A DNA stretch of 64,000 nucleotides from contig NC_068984.1 in NCBI RefSeq assembly GCF_001194135.2, positions 22,128,183 to 22,192,182 of the forward strand, read 5' to 3'. How positions within the stretch are numbered: the first letter of the stretch is position 1; each line of letters begins with the position of its first letter. Positions 63,975 through 64,000 of the stretch are shown here, one piece after another. Under the pieces are notes generated by a model. It saw only the letters and a list, made by a program, of their open reading frames with translations, was not told where the DNA came from and did not search any database. The position numbers and the translations under genes are program-made. Source of the DNA: Octopus bimaculoides. Its lineage: Eukaryota.

Positions 63975-64000
63975 GACGGGTTTTTTTCAGTTTCCGTCTA
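63681..64000 (-). mobile_element. SINE family A, running off the window end
   Basis: tttttacttgtttcagtcattagactgc...ttacggggacgtaaacacacc...cagtttccgtcta. Confidence 0.9.

Overview
This is strongly AT-rich, microsatellite-dense eukaryotic DNA with 11 N-gaps. I could not support any intact protein-coding gene, tRNA or rRNA. Most track ORFs are translations of (CA)n/(TA)n/(GA)n tracts or gaps. The window looks like intergenic DNA or a long intron, and the repeat families resemble those I recall from Octopus genomes (inference from memory, not a database search). Supported content: about 17 copies of two tRNA-derived SINE families; two distinct R4/Dong-like (RLE) non-LTR 3' fragments; degenerate RTE and L2/CR1-like LINE pieces; a mariner derivative with two 5' ends; a 789-bp MITE; and a decayed IS630/Tc1-type (DDE_3) transposase between inverted arrays of a 21-bp unit. 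The most interesting pattern is about ten minimal type-I hammerhead-ribozyme-like motifs from several unrelated sequence families. Several lie in or beside local inverted repeats, two lie downstream of GIY-YIG C-terminal remnants (Penelope-like elements), and two carry the compensatory U3-A8 core. A candidate recursive splice site lies on the minus strand at 3164/3165. All alignments and folds were done by eye.
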